Source: Spirochaetae bacterium HGW-Spirochaetae-3
GTDB taxonomy: Bacteria; Spirochaetota; Spirochaetia; Treponematales; UBA12059
DNA: 64,000 nucleotides
Assembly: GCA_002839315.1 (NCBI GenBank)
Contig: PGXV01000005.1
Span: 155,269-219,268 of the forward strand
Reading direction: 5' to 3'
The notes below the pieces were generated by a model that worked only from the letters and a program-made list of their open reading frames with translations, had not been told where the DNA came from and ran no database searches. The translations under genes were made by a program, and so were the position numbers. Shown here one piece after another: positions 9,102 through 18,037 of the stretch; position 1 is the stretch's first letter; each line of letters starts with the position of its first letter.

Positions 9102-9856
9102 CAATCCACCCCCAGGTATGCTTCGATTACCTTGGGGTCCCGACGTATCTCGTCGGGAGACCCGTGGGCTATCGTGACTCCGTAATCCAGCACGTACATC
9201 CTCGTGCATACTCCCATCACCACCTGCATATGGTGCTCGATGAGGAGTATCGTCAGGTCGTACTGGTCCCTGATCTTGACGATGAAATCCATCAGCTCCA
9301 GCGATTCCTGCGGGTTCATGCCGGCCGCCGGCTCGTCCAGAAGCAATAGGGACGGCTCGGTCGCCAACGCCCTGACTATCTCCAGGCGCCTCTGCTTGCC
9401 GTAGGGTAGCGACGTGGAGGCCTCGTGCGCCTGGTCCGCCAGGCCTACCGATTCGAGGAGCGACATCGCGAACTCGCGGGAGCGCCTCTCCTTGGCGCGG
9501 TAGGCTGGCAGGTGGAGCGTCGACGCGAAGACCCCGACGCCCATGCGGAGGTGGCAGGCGACGAGTACGTTATCGAGCACGTCCATGTCCTTCCAGAGGC
9601 GTATGTTCTGGAATGTTCGCGCTATGCCGAGTTCAGTGATCTTGTGTGGCTTGGCGCCCGTTACGTCCTGGCCCTTGAAGACGATGCGGCCCTCGCTGGG
9701 TTTATAGACGCCGGTGATTGTATTGAAGGCCGTCGTCTTGCCGGCGCCGTTGGGGCCGATAAGCCCGACGATCTCGTTCTTCTCGATGCTGATGTTCAGG
9801 TCGGACACGGCGGTCAGTCCGCCGAACCTCATCGACACGTTCTCGGTCCGTATCAC
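9101..9856 (-). CDS. livG: branched-chain amino acid ABC transporter ATP-binding protein
   Basis: GTG 9856 (VIRTENVSMRFGGLTAV..) with GGAGG 9 nt upstream and a GTGA overlap with the livM stop. Walker A GPNGAGKTT, LPYGKQRRLE, LLLLDEPAAG. The long ORF-track N-terminal extension overlaps livM and is rejected. Confidence 0.9.
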   Translation of the reverse strand: MIRTENVSMRFGGLTAVSDLNISIEKNEIVGLIGPNGAGKTTAFNTITGVYKPSEGRIVFKGQDVTGAKPHKITELGIARTFQNIRLWKDMDVLDNVLVACHLRMGVGVFASTLHLPAYRAKERRSREFAMSLLESVGLADQAHEASTSLPYGKQRRLEIVRALATEPSLLLLDEPAAGMNPQESLELMDFIVKIRDQYDLTILLIEHHMQVVMGVCTRMYVLDYGVTIAHGSPDEIRRDPKVIEAYLGVD

Positions 9857-10905
9857 GGGCGGCCTCCGTTCCGGGCGGAGCCCTTGCGGCTGAGCAGCCC
9901 GATGAATCCGTCCCACGAGAACTCCTTGTTCCCCATGAGGCCTTTCTGCCGGTAGAGCACCACGATCATCAGTAGTATGGAGAATATAACCATCCGCAGG
10001 CCCGGTAACCCGTCCGTCTTGATGAACAGGAAATTCATCGGCATGTCGAGGAAGCGCAGCGCCTCCATCAGCACGGTAACGATTATCGCCCCGACTACCG
10101 ATCCCGTGATAGAGCCGTTCCCGCCGAGAACGACGATGAGCAGGATGTTGAAGGTGAGTATCAGCGTGAACATCTTGGGGTCTATCGTCGTTATCATGTG
10201 CCCGAGAAGCGCGCCGCCGACGCCGGCCATGAAGCTCGATATCACGAAGCTCGTCGACTTGACCTTGACCACGTTGACGCCCATCGCCTCGGCGGCTATC
10301 TCGTCGTCGCGCACCGCCTTCATGGTCCTGCCGTAGCTGGAGCGGACGAGCGCCAGCATGAACACGATCGAGAGCACCGCGCATGACCAGACGACCCAGG
10401 TCGTCGAGTATTTCGTTATTCCCTTGAGTCCCTGCGCTCCGTTGGTGATATTCTGCGTGTTGGTCAGGATGACGCGGATGATCTCGGCGAAGCCGAGCGT
10501 CGCTATGGCCAGGTAATCGTCGCGCAATCGTAGCGCCGGCACTCCGATGACCACGGCGACGAGGCCGGCGCAGGTTCCCGCCGCTATCAGGGCGAGGGGG
10601 AACGGTATCTGGAGCGTCGCGAGGATCGGGACGATGGGCTCGAGGAAGAAGTTCATCTCCTTCTGGGCGGGGCTCATCGTCAATAGGGCGCTCACGTAGG
10701 CGCCGACGGCCATGAAGCCCGCGTGGCCTAGCGAGAAGAGCCCCGTGAACCCGTTAAGCAGGTTGAGGGACAGGGCGAGGATGATGTATATGGCCGAGAG
10801 GTTGAGGATACGGACGGTGAAGCGCCCGAGCGTCGCGTCGGCTAGCGTTACCGCGGCTATGACGACGACGCCCGCCGCTATCGAAAGCATGGTGTTTCGT
10901 TTCAT
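9853..10905 (-). CDS. livM: branched-chain amino acid ABC transporter permease
   Basis: 350-aa polytopic membrane protein between livH and livG. Composition and length are typical of LivM. Confidence 0.9.
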   Translation of the reverse strand: MKRNTMLSIAAGVVVIAAVTLADATLGRFTVRILNLSAIYIILALSLNLLNGFTGLFSLGHAGFMAVGAYVSALLTMSPAQKEMNFFLEPIVPILATLQIPFPLALIAAGTCAGLVAVVIGVPALRLRDDYLAIATLGFAEIIRVILTNTQNITNGAQGLKGITKYSTTWVVWSCAVLSIVFMLALVRSSYGRTMKAVRDDEIAAEAMGVNVVKVKSTSFVISSFMAGVGGALLGHMITTIDPKMFTLILTFNILLIVVLGGNGSITGSVVGAIIVTVLMEALRFLDMPMNFLFIKTDGLPGLRMVIFSILLMIVVLYRQKGLMGNKEFSWDGFIGLLSRKGSARNGGRP

Positions 10906-10908
10906 GGG

Positions 10909-11802
10909 TTACACCTTGACCGTCTGGTTCTTGCCCAGGAGGCCTGATGGCTTCGCCAGGAGAACGGCGATGAGGAGCACGAAAGCGAACGCGTCGCGAT
11001 ACCCGGTGAGCTCCGGCAGGAAGGCGACGATCATGATCTCGATGAAGCCGAGGAGGAATCCGCCGAGGACCGCGCCCTGTATGTTGCCGATGCCGCCGAT
11101 GACTGCGGCTATGAAGCACTTTAGGCCGGGCATGAATCCCATGAGGGGGTTGAGCTGCGGGTACTTCATCGTCCACATGATGCCGCCGATCCCGGCGAGT
11201 ATCGAGCCTATGCCGAAGGTCATCGAAATCGTCTTGTTGACGTCGATGGCCATCAGTCGCGCGGCGTCGAGATCCGTGGAGACCGCGCGCATCGCGAGGC
11301 CGGTCTTGGTGCCGTTCACCATCCACAGCAGCGCCGCGAGGATAGCGGCGGTTACCACCGGGATGAACAGGCTGACGGACAGTACCGAGACCGAGCCTAG
11401 GTGAATGACCGTATCGAATAGCGGTATGCTGGGGAAGCTTTTGGGCCTTCCGCCGAACAGCACGATGCCGACGTTCTCTATGAGGAACGAGGCCCCGATA
11501 GCGCTGATCATTATCGATATCTTCGGAGAGTCGCGGAGAGGCCTATAGGCTACGCGTTCTAGCCCGATGCCGAATAGGCCGGTGAGCCCGATCGCCACGA
11601 TGAAGGCGATGCCCCAGGGCATCGCGAGAGCCGTAACGGCGTAGAAGGCGAAATATGCGCCAAGCATGAACACGTCGCCATGCGCGAAATTAATGAGCCT
11701 GAGGATGCCGTATACCATCGTATAGCCGATGGCTATCAAGGCATAGAGGCTTCCGAGGCTCAGGGCGTTTGCCACTTGCTGGAAGAAGGTCGCTATGTCC
11801 AT
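10909..11802 (-). CDS. livH: branched-chain amino acid ABC transporter permease
   Basis: 297-aa polytopic protein (..INFAHGDVFMLGAY..), typical of LivH. 3-nt gap to livM. Confidence 0.9.
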   Translation of the reverse strand: MDIATFFQQVANALSLGSLYALIAIGYTMVYGILRLINFAHGDVFMLGAYFAFYAVTALAMPWGIAFIVAIGLTGLFGIGLERVAYRPLRDSPKISIMISAIGASFLIENVGIVLFGGRPKSFPSIPLFDTVIHLGSVSVLSVSLFIPVVTAAILAALLWMVNGTKTGLAMRAVSTDLDAARLMAIDVNKTISMTFGIGSILAGIGGIMWTMKYPQLNPLMGFMPGLKCFIAAVIGGIGNIQGAVLGGFLLGFIEIMIVAFLPELTGYRDAFAFVLLIAVLLAKPSGLLGKNQTVKV

Positions 11803-11899
11803 CGTCGTAGGTCCTTGTGCCCTAGGCGGGCGCGCTCTTGAAGGAGAGGAACGCCCGCGGCCTTAGGCGCGTGTACCGGCCTGCCGGTCGCGGGCGCTC

Positions 11900-11926
11900 C
11901 GCGCGGTTCCAGAACGGAACCGCGCG
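11900..11926 (-). promoter_or_regulatory. intercistronic GC stem-loop between the binding-protein gene and livH
   Basis: 11-bp perfect stem CGCGCGGTTCC / GGAACCGCGCG with a 5-nt loop and no U-tract. Position is typical of hairpins that uncouple binding-protein and permease mRNA levels. Confidence 0.4.
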
Positions 11927-11942
11927 ATGGATGCTCAAACCG

Positions 11943-13117
11943 TCAGGGATTGATGGTCGTCTTGTAGACGAACTTGCCGTCCTTGACTTCCTTGATGACC
12001 GCGCTCTTGATCGGGTCTCCGTTGGCGTCGAGCGTGACGTAGCCGGCCGCGCCGGCGAAGCCCTTCGTCGCGGCGATGGCGTCGCGGATCTTCAGCGGGT
12101 CGAGGCTGTCGGCGCGCTTGATCGCGTCTATCGCGAGGAGGTACCCGTCGAAGCCGAGCACGGCGGTTCCGGAGGGCAGCTTGCCGTACTTCTTCTGGTA
12201 TGACTCGACGAAGACCTTGGACAACGGGGTAAGCGGGGCGTCGTTGTCGAAGAACGCCGACATCACGGCGCCCTCTACTGCCTGCTTGCCCACGTTGATG
12301 AACTCCGCGATTTCCCAGGTGTCGCCGCCGAGGAAGGGCGCGGTAATGCCGAGCTCCCTGGCCTGCTTTATGATGAGCGCGCTCTCCGTGTAGTTGCCCG
12401 GGGCGAAGATCACGTCCGGCTTCAGGCTCTTGACCTGGGTCAGCTGGGCCGAGAAGTCCTGGTCGTTGGTGTTGTAGTGTTGTAGTTAAGTTCCGCGAGG
12501 ATGGCGTCCTGGTCGCCGGTCAGCGCCTTGAAGCTGTCGACGAAGAATTTTGCCAGGCCTACGGAGTAATCGTTCGAGATCTCTCTGATGATCACGGCCT
12601 TGCGCGCCTTGACTTCCTTGAACGCGTAGTTGGCCATGACGGTGCCCTGGAAGGGATCGAGGAAGCATACGCGGAAGTAGAAATCGTTGTCCTTGGTTAC
12701 GAGCGGATTGGTGCACGACAGCCCGATAGCCGGTATCTTGGCGTCCTTGAAGATCGGTCCCGCCGCCATGGAGAGGCCGGAGCCCCATGATCCCAGCACT
12801 ACCTGTACCTTGTCGCTGTCGACTAGGCGCTGGCCGGCGTTGGCGGATTCGACCTTGTCCGACTTATTATCGGCGATGGCAAGCTCTATCTTGTATTCCT
12901 TGCCTCCGACCGTAACGGTCGGGTAGAGTTCCTGGGCCAGACGAATGCCGTCCAGTTCCTCGGCTCCGCCCGCTGCGTTGGCCCCGGTCAGGGGTTCGAA
13001 AACGCCGAACTTGACGACGCTTGAATCCGCTTTCGTCTCGGCTTTCGCGCATCCTGCGAAGGCTACTACGGCTACGATGGCGACGAGAGCCGCGATAATG
13101 ACTGCTGCTTTCCTCAT
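11943..13117 (-). pseudogene. LivK/LivJ-type periplasmic substrate-binding lipoprotein, frameshifted
   Basis: N-terminal part (13117..12440, MRKAAVIIAALVAIVAVVAFAGC lipobox) and C-terminal part (..12413-11943, IFAPGNYTESALIIKQARELG..) are in different frames. Deleting one copy of the 8-bp duplication at 12471-12486 fuses them into one ~389-aa ORF (..ELNYNTNDQDFSAQLTQVKSLKPDVIFAPG..). AGGAGG RBS precedes ATG 13117. Confidence 0.85.
12471..12486. repeat. perfect 8-bp tandem duplication GTTGTAGT x2 causing the frameshift
   Basis: Read directly: gttgtagt gttgtagt at 12471-12478 and 12479-12486. Confidence 0.95.
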
Positions 13118-13173
13118 TCCTGTTCCTCCTTGGCACATACTAGGCATGATACTACCTAGAGTGGCGCCGTATC

Positions 13174-13202
13174 ATCCTAGAAAAGCTTTACCTTGTTGTC
13201 AA
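13174..13202 (-). promoter_or_regulatory. candidate sigma70-type promoter of the liv operon
   Basis: Minus strand TTGACA (13202-13197), 17-nt spacer, TAGGAT (13179-13174). The leader downstream contains an ATGATAC / GTATCAT hairpin. Confidence 0.5.
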
Positions 13203-13341
13203 ACTATTTCTATATAAAGCATTGTATTTATGTTGTAGATTGCGATAGAGAATTCTATTGACAAGAGGACTATGATACGGCTAATTTTATCAGTCGTTTC
13301 ATTTTATGCAATTTTTGTTTTTACTGTAGAAACGTGGGGAT

Positions 13342-14169
13342 ATGAGCGAGTCGGCGATAAAAGCATTCGAATTACTTTTTCATCTTGCCAGGGTTGGGAG
13401 TACCTCCCTCGCTCGGCTGTCCCGTGATACGGGATGGGACAAGGCCACTGCATTGCGGTATCTCAACGCGATGGAGAAGAAGGGCGTCGTAGAGCGAAGG
13501 GAAGGCGATTGGACGCTCGGCCTAGCCTTGCTCGAATTGGCTAGTCACGTTCCCGTTACCGAGAATATCGCCAATAGGGTCAAGCCCGTGCTCGCCGAAC
13601 TCGCGAAGGCGACCGGCGAGACGGCTAACCTATCCGCGCTCGTCGGCGCCGATAGCATGTATCTCGTCAAGGCTGACGGCGGCAGGGCCCTGCGGCTCCG
13701 ATCCAACCCCGGAGATCGCCTGCCGCTGTATTGCACGGCCGGCGGCAAGTGCATCCTGTCCAGGATGCCGGCGCCCTTGCGCCTCCAGTATATCGCCGAG
13801 ACCCATTTCGCCGCCGTCGCCACTAAGACGATCATCGACCCGCAGAAGCTGGCCGAGGAAATCGAGCGGACGATACGCCGAGGATGGGCCATAGACGACG
13901 AGGAGCTGGAACCGGGACTGATTTGCTACGCCATGCCCCTTGACCTGCCGCGCTACGGATTCTCAGGGGCGGTAAGCGTCTCCGGCCCCTCAGGCAGGAT
14001 GGTGCAGGCGCAGGAAGAGATCCTCGCGGCGTTGCGCTGGGCTACGATAGGCCTGCAGGAAGAACTCGGCGGGCTTATCGGGGAGGACGAACCCCAGCTC
14101 TTCGGGCCCGGTAGAGGCGGCTTCAAGAGCACCGACTGGCATCGTCCCGGTTCCGAAGTATACGAGTGA
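13342..14169 (+). CDS. IclR family transcriptional regulator
   Basis: N-terminal winged HTH (AFELLFHLARVGSTSLARLSRDTGWDKATALRYLNAMEKKGVV) plus a C-terminal IclR effector-type domain. Divergent from the liv operon. Confidence 0.85.
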   Translation: MSESAIKAFELLFHLARVGSTSLARLSRDTGWDKATALRYLNAMEKKGVVERREGDWTLGLALLELASHVPVTENIANRVKPVLAELAKATGETANLSALVGADSMYLVKADGGRALRLRSNPGDRLPLYCTAGGKCILSRMPAPLRLQYIAETHFAAVATKTIIDPQKLAEEIERTIRRGWAIDDEELEPGLICYAMPLDLPRYGFSGAVSVSGPSGRMVQAQEEILAALRWATIGLQEELGGLIGEDEPQLFGPGRGGFKSTDWHRPGSEVYE

Positions 14170-14363
14170 CGGTCGCCGTCATCGAGAGGGCTCGCTGCGT
14201 GACGTGCGGACGCTGCTCCTCGGCGTGCCCGAACGGGACCATATCAATCGACGGTGATTCATGCGTCGTTGACGAGTCGGCCTGCGTTGGATGCGAGACC
14301 TGCGTTCCGGTTTGCCGCACGTTCGCCATTACGATGCGACCCGTCGCCCGGGCCGAGGCGTAG
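14166..14363 (+). CDS. 2x[4Fe-4S] ferredoxin
   Basis: 65 aa with two Cys clusters, CVTCGRCSSACP and CVGCETCVPVC. GTG start overlaps the IclR stop (GTGA). Confidence 0.8.
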   Translation: MTVAVIERARCVTCGRCSSACPNGTISIDGDSCVVDESACVGCETCVPVCRTFAITMRPVARAEA

Positions 14364-14388
14364 GACTTCCTCGGCCCGGACGCGGGGA

Positions 14389-14781
14389 TCAGAATACCGC
14401 CTCCGCGTTCGCCTCCTCGCTTGGGGCCTTTTCCTCCGCCGTCGCGCGCGCGTCGTCCTCGTCGCGTTTAAACACGGGTTTGAACTCCACGTGCTCCGCG
14501 ACGATCTTTATGCGCGCCTGCGTCTTGCCCGCGCCGTCTTCCCAGCGATCCTGCTTGAGGCGTCCTACGACGCGTACGCCGCGGCCCTTCTTCAGTATCT
14601 CGCCGCAGGTCTGCGCCAGTTTCGACCACGCTTCGACTTCGAAGAACGATACTTCTTTCTCGGTCTGCTCGTTCTGCCTGTAGAACCTGTTCGACGCCAC
14701 CGCGAACGAGCAGACGTAGTTCCCGTTCGGGATGGTCTTGAGTTGCGGATCCCGTACGAGATTGCCCTCGATGATAATCAA
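14389..14781 (-). CDS. ssb: single-stranded DNA-binding protein, body of gene separated from its native 5-prime end by the prophage
   Basis: OB-fold sequence IIIEGNLVRDPQLKTIPNGNYVCSFAVASNRFY...FFEVEAWSKLAQ...GRLKQDRWED with an acidic tail. In this arrangement the ORF starts at a phage-derived TTG (14781) with no SD. The native RBS and first 7 codons are at 45617-45647. Confidence 0.85.
   Translation of the reverse strand: MIIIEGNLVRDPQLKTIPNGNYVCSFAVASNRFYRQNEQTEKEVSFFEVEAWSKLAQTCGEILKKGRGVRVVGRLKQDRWEDGAGKTQARIKIVAEHVEFKPVFKRDEDDARATAEEKAPSEEANAEAVF
14771..14775. repeat. attL crossover-region identity (ATGAT)
   Basis: cctcgATGATaatcaag. Sequence identity with attR is limited to these 5 nt, consistent with the very short crossover sites of serine integrases. 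Confidence 0.6.
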
Positions 14782-14804
14782 GTTGATTTATTCTTATGAA
14801 GAAG

Positions 14805-14822
14805 CCTATAATTTATTATAGG
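14805..14822. promoter_or_regulatory. palindrome CCTATAAT-TT-ATTATAGG carrying back-to-back TATAAT boxes
   Basis: Plus strand: TTGATT (14783-14788), 18 nt, TATAAT (14807-14812), pointing at int. Minus strand: TAGATA (14843-14838), 17 nt, TATAAT (14820-14815), pointing out of the prophage into ssb. Confidence 0.5.
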
Positions 14823-14829
14823 AGATTCC

Positions 14830-16416
14830 ATGATCGGTATCTACGTTCGCGTCTCAACTATACAGCAGAAAGACAACTACTCAACGGATGTTCAACGACA
14901 ACGGGGGATAGCGTTCGCGGAATCACGGGGCGAGCCATACACATTATACGACGAGGCGGCTTCGGCAGGGTCACTCGTACGCCCGGAGTTCCTTCGATTG
15001 CTCCATGACGTTGAGACCGATAAGGTTCATATCGTATGGGTAGTCGAATTCTCTCGCCTTACCAGAGATACCGAAGACGCCCTAGCCATCCGAAAGATAC
15101 TCGTTAAGCATAAAGCGCAAGTATTCGTTAACGATGTACCGATGGACTTATCCTCCCCAGAAGCCATTCTCTCATACAATATCAAATCCTCGGTCTCGGA
15201 ATATGAGCGATCAAACACTATTGCGAGGACTACTCGCTCCCGGAGACGTCAGATCGATGATGGCCATCAATCGTTCTCGTCGATCCTTGGATATGACTAT
15301 ACGTACCTCTCCACAGGGAAGAAGCAATGGGCTGTAAACGAGGCTGAGGCCGGTATCGTTCGGAAGATATTCACTCTTTACGGAGAGGGGTATTCGTATA
15401 TCAAGATCACGAACTTCTTGAATGATCACGGTTTTAGGACGAAGAGGAACAAAGCATTCACGATAACGACTATAGCGAAGATCCTTGACCATCCTGAATA
15501 CTTCGGACGGACTCACAATACAGCCGGGGAGCTAATCGAGTCGAAGATTTACCCTGCCATACTTGATCCTGAGCAATTCGGGGTACTTCAACAGCAGCAC
15601 CTACAACGGTCTACGAAGGCTATTCTATTCAGGGAAGCCAAGTCTGAGCTGTCAGGGATACTTAGATGTGCTCATTGTGACGCTCGGTACTACACTCACC
15701 GGGCTAAACCACTCACCCAAGCTAATCGTAGCGAGAATCTAATCACCTACTACAACCACTTACGTGAAAATACAGCTCAAAAGCAATGTAAAAACAAGCC
15801 AGTCTATATACGTAAGTCAACGATTGACGACTTCGTTTCATACTGTTATCGAGCGCATATACGGACAAAATCGCTCGTTAAGATGCTTATAGAGCAACGT
15901 GAGAAGGAATCTGTTCTGGCTGAGAAGGAGCTTGATGGCCAGGTCGTGACGATCAAAGCTCGAATCGAAGGGATAGAATCACGTCGTCAGAAGCTCATTG
16001 CCGGTATCGCAGAGGGTATCTATACCGTTGACGACATCCGAGTGAGCATTGAGAAGCTAAATAGTGAAAAAGTAGAGCAACAAACCGCGCTAAGCCGGAC
16101 AGAGAGTTCCCTACATGAGATGAGGCAAGATCTGGATGCGATGGTAGCCGCCTTCTCAGATCGGACTATAGAGGAGTATGAAAGCGCTGATGAACTGAAG
16201 CGCCGACGTATCTATCAGAACGTCATAAAATCGTTCGTTGTCGATGATCATTGGATACGATTGACGTTTATAACGGGGCGGGTTTACGAATGCCCTATAA
16301 AGCATATCCCACAGTACCTCAATGCGGTTCAAGCAATTGGTGAGACGAAAGGGTTTGAATCGAATCGGTATCGGTGGGGTGACCTCGCTATTGACAACAA
16401 TGCCTTTAAGAGATAA
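14830..16416 (+). CDS. large serine recombinase (phage integrase)
   Basis: AGGAG RBS. MIGIYVRVSTIQQ resolvase-type catalytic N-terminus (Ser10), recombinase domain, Cys cluster (CAHCDARYYTH...C) and long coiled coil; 528 aa. Confidence 0.95.
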   Translation: MIGIYVRVSTIQQKDNYSTDVQRQRGIAFAESRGEPYTLYDEAASAGSLVRPEFLRLLHDVETDKVHIVWVVEFSRLTRDTEDALAIRKILVKHKAQVFVNDVPMDLSSPEAILSYNIKSSVSEYERSNTIARTTRSRRRQIDDGHQSFSSILGYDYTYLSTGKKQWAVNEAEAGIVRKIFTLYGEGYSYIKITNFLNDHGFRTKRNKAFTITTIAKILDHPEYFGRTHNTAGELIESKIYPAILDPEQFGVLQQQHLQRSTKAILFREAKSELSGILRCAHCDARYYTHRAKPLTQANRSENLITYYNHLRENTAQKQCKNKPVYIRKSTIDDFVSYCYRAHIRTKSLVKMLIEQREKESVLAEKELDGQVVTIKARIEGIESRRQKLIAGIAEGIYTVDDIRVSIEKLNSEKVEQQTALSRTESSLHEMRQDLDAMVAAFSDRTIEEYESADELKRRRIYQNVIKSFVVDDHWIRLTFITGRVYECPIKHIPQYLNAVQAIGETKGFESNRYRWGDLAIDNNAFKR

Positions 16417-16456
16417 AATCCGGATAAATAAGTCTGTTAAGTCTCGGGAGTAAGTA

Positions 16457-17029
16457 ATGGCAACAAAAGATTCTGTCTTAGCTCTTTTAAGCATCGAGGC
16501 ATCCACAGGCTATGAGTTGAAGAAACGATTATCGGATTCACCAGCATTTTCTTGGGTCGAAAGCAGCCAAGTGTATAAAGTTCTAGACAGCTTTCAAAAA
16601 GAAGGTCTAGCAGAGGTTGAGGTTGATACGAGTAACGATCTTGGACGGAAGAAGTATAGCATCACTCCAAAGGGTGAGTTCCAGGTTAAGTTGTGGCTTG
16701 AGGATAAGCCCGAGCTTCCTGAGATCAAAAACATATTCCAGCAGAAGATTGTGATTGCAGCAGCCAAGAATGAATATTCATTGGCTCAGGAAATTACTCG
16801 AGACTACAGGGATAGCTTGTTAGCCGAGATCAAGGTTGAAATCCAAAAGCAAAAACGTATAGAGAAAATTCGATCATCCGATGAAGATTTCGGAGATGTT
16901 TCTTCCTTTCCGAAGCCAAGAAAGCATTTTCAAGACGCCATTCCAGATGCAGTGAGTTCTTATCGCTTGGATATGTTACAAGCAGAGCTACAGTGGGTCG
17001 AAAAAATCCAACAATCTCTCGGTATTTAA
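16457..17029 (+). CDS. PadR family transcriptional regulator (candidate prophage repressor)
   Basis: N-terminal winged helix VLALLSIEASTGYELKKRL...SQVYKVLDSFQKEGLAEV...KKYSITPKGE typical of PadR, followed by a helical C-terminal domain. Confidence 0.8.
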   Translation: MATKDSVLALLSIEASTGYELKKRLSDSPAFSWVESSQVYKVLDSFQKEGLAEVEVDTSNDLGRKKYSITPKGEFQVKLWLEDKPELPEIKNIFQQKIVIAAAKNEYSLAQEITRDYRDSLLAEIKVEIQKQKRIEKIRSSDEDFGDVSSFPKPRKHFQDAIPDAVSSYRLDMLQAELQWVEKIQQSLGI

Positions 17030-17077
17030 TCCACTAGCGTTTATTGGGTAGAAAACCCTGTTAATTAATTTGTGCGA

Positions 17078-17112
17078 TTTGTCTTGACAAACAAACGAAA
17101 ATATCCGAATAT
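17078..17112 (+). promoter_or_regulatory. candidate promoter with overlapping operator dyad TTTGTC-TT-GACAAA
   Basis: TTGACA (17084-17089) is embedded in the dyad 17078-17091. A weak -10 (GAATAT, 17107-17112) lies after 17 nt. Located upstream of the DUF5131 gene. Confidence 0.4.
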
Positions 17113-17144
17113 ATTAGTATGTACAATGAACACAGGAGGAATTG

Positions 17145-17891
17145 ATGGCAAAGAACAACGCAGGCGACATTCTCACAGGCGACTGGAACCCAATAATCGG
17201 ATGCGAGAAGTATTCGGAAGGATGTCGGGGTTGCTGGTACCTCTCCGGTATCTTCCCGTGGCAACAGCGTCTTGGAAACATCCCTGCTGACGTGCTACCC
17301 GGTGAACATCACGTCTTCGAGAAGAGGATGTGTCCGGCCTCGCTCAAGCTTAAAGGAGGGATAGTCGGCGTAGTACAACACGGAGACCTGTTCTGGGATC
17401 AGGTGCCGGACGCAACCATCAACCGTGTCCTCTCTATCATCGAGCAGGTCGCCTATCAGAAGCGAATAATGCCGAGGTATATGCTCTGGACGAAGCGGGC
17501 TGAGAGGATGGCACGTATCCTTCTCGAACGGTATCCCGACGGGCTTCCTGAATATCTCGCTGTGGCTGTATCAGTTGAGAATCAGGCTTGCGCCGATGAG
17601 CGACTTCCTCATCTTCTCAAGATGACGGGCACCCGGATCATCATGATCGAACCGATGCTTGGCCCAATCACCCTATCGAAGTACCTCCCTGTCGAATGGG
17701 TCGTCGTTGGTTCTGAAACCGGAGCCAATCCACGACCAATAGATACCCGCTGGGTCTCTGCCGTCCGGGATGAAGTTAAAGCCCAGGGTATCCCGTTTTT
17801 CGTTAAGCAGCTCGGAACGAGCCATAAGCAGTCTATCCGAGTACTCGATGGCCGGGAGTGGAATGAGTTCCCGAGGGGATTCGTAAAGTAG
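17145..17891 (+). CDS. phage Gp37/Gp68 family protein (DUF5131)
   Basis: N-terminus ..GDWNPIIGCEKYSEGCRGCWY.. matches the W-N-P-x-x-G-C-x(4)-G-C-x-x-C-Y signature of the family. GGAGG RBS before ATG 17145. Confidence 0.75.
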   Translation: MAKNNAGDILTGDWNPIIGCEKYSEGCRGCWYLSGIFPWQQRLGNIPADVLPGEHHVFEKRMCPASLKLKGGIVGVVQHGDLFWDQVPDATINRVLSIIEQVAYQKRIMPRYMLWTKRAERMARILLERYPDGLPEYLAVAVSVENQACADERLPHLLKMTGTRIIMIEPMLGPITLSKYLPVEWVVVGSETGANPRPIDTRWVSAVRDEVKAQGIPFFVKQLGTSHKQSIRVLDGREWNEFPRGFVK

Positions 17892-18012
17892 ATACGAATT
17901 TTCCGATAATTTGCCTCTCGCTCTTTATATTCAGATTAAACAACGGCGCTAAACACCTCTATAACCGTTTGCCGCTAAACCTATGTTCTTTGACATAACC
18001 CATTTCAATCAT

Positions 18013-18037
18013 TTTGTTTATAAAAAATATAAACAAA
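18013..18037. promoter_or_regulatory. perfect 10-bp inverted repeat TTTGTTTATA-N5-TATAAACAAA (candidate early operator)
   Basis: Read directly. TTGACA at 17990-17995 lies just upstream, and TATAAA hexamers lie inside both arms. Sits at the head of the rightward early gene block. Confidence 0.5.

Noticed and set aside
14796-15008. 70-aa plus-strand ORF starting at the attL junction.
   Set aside because: It overlaps the integrase gene out of frame. The integrase has the SD and the catalytic N-terminus.
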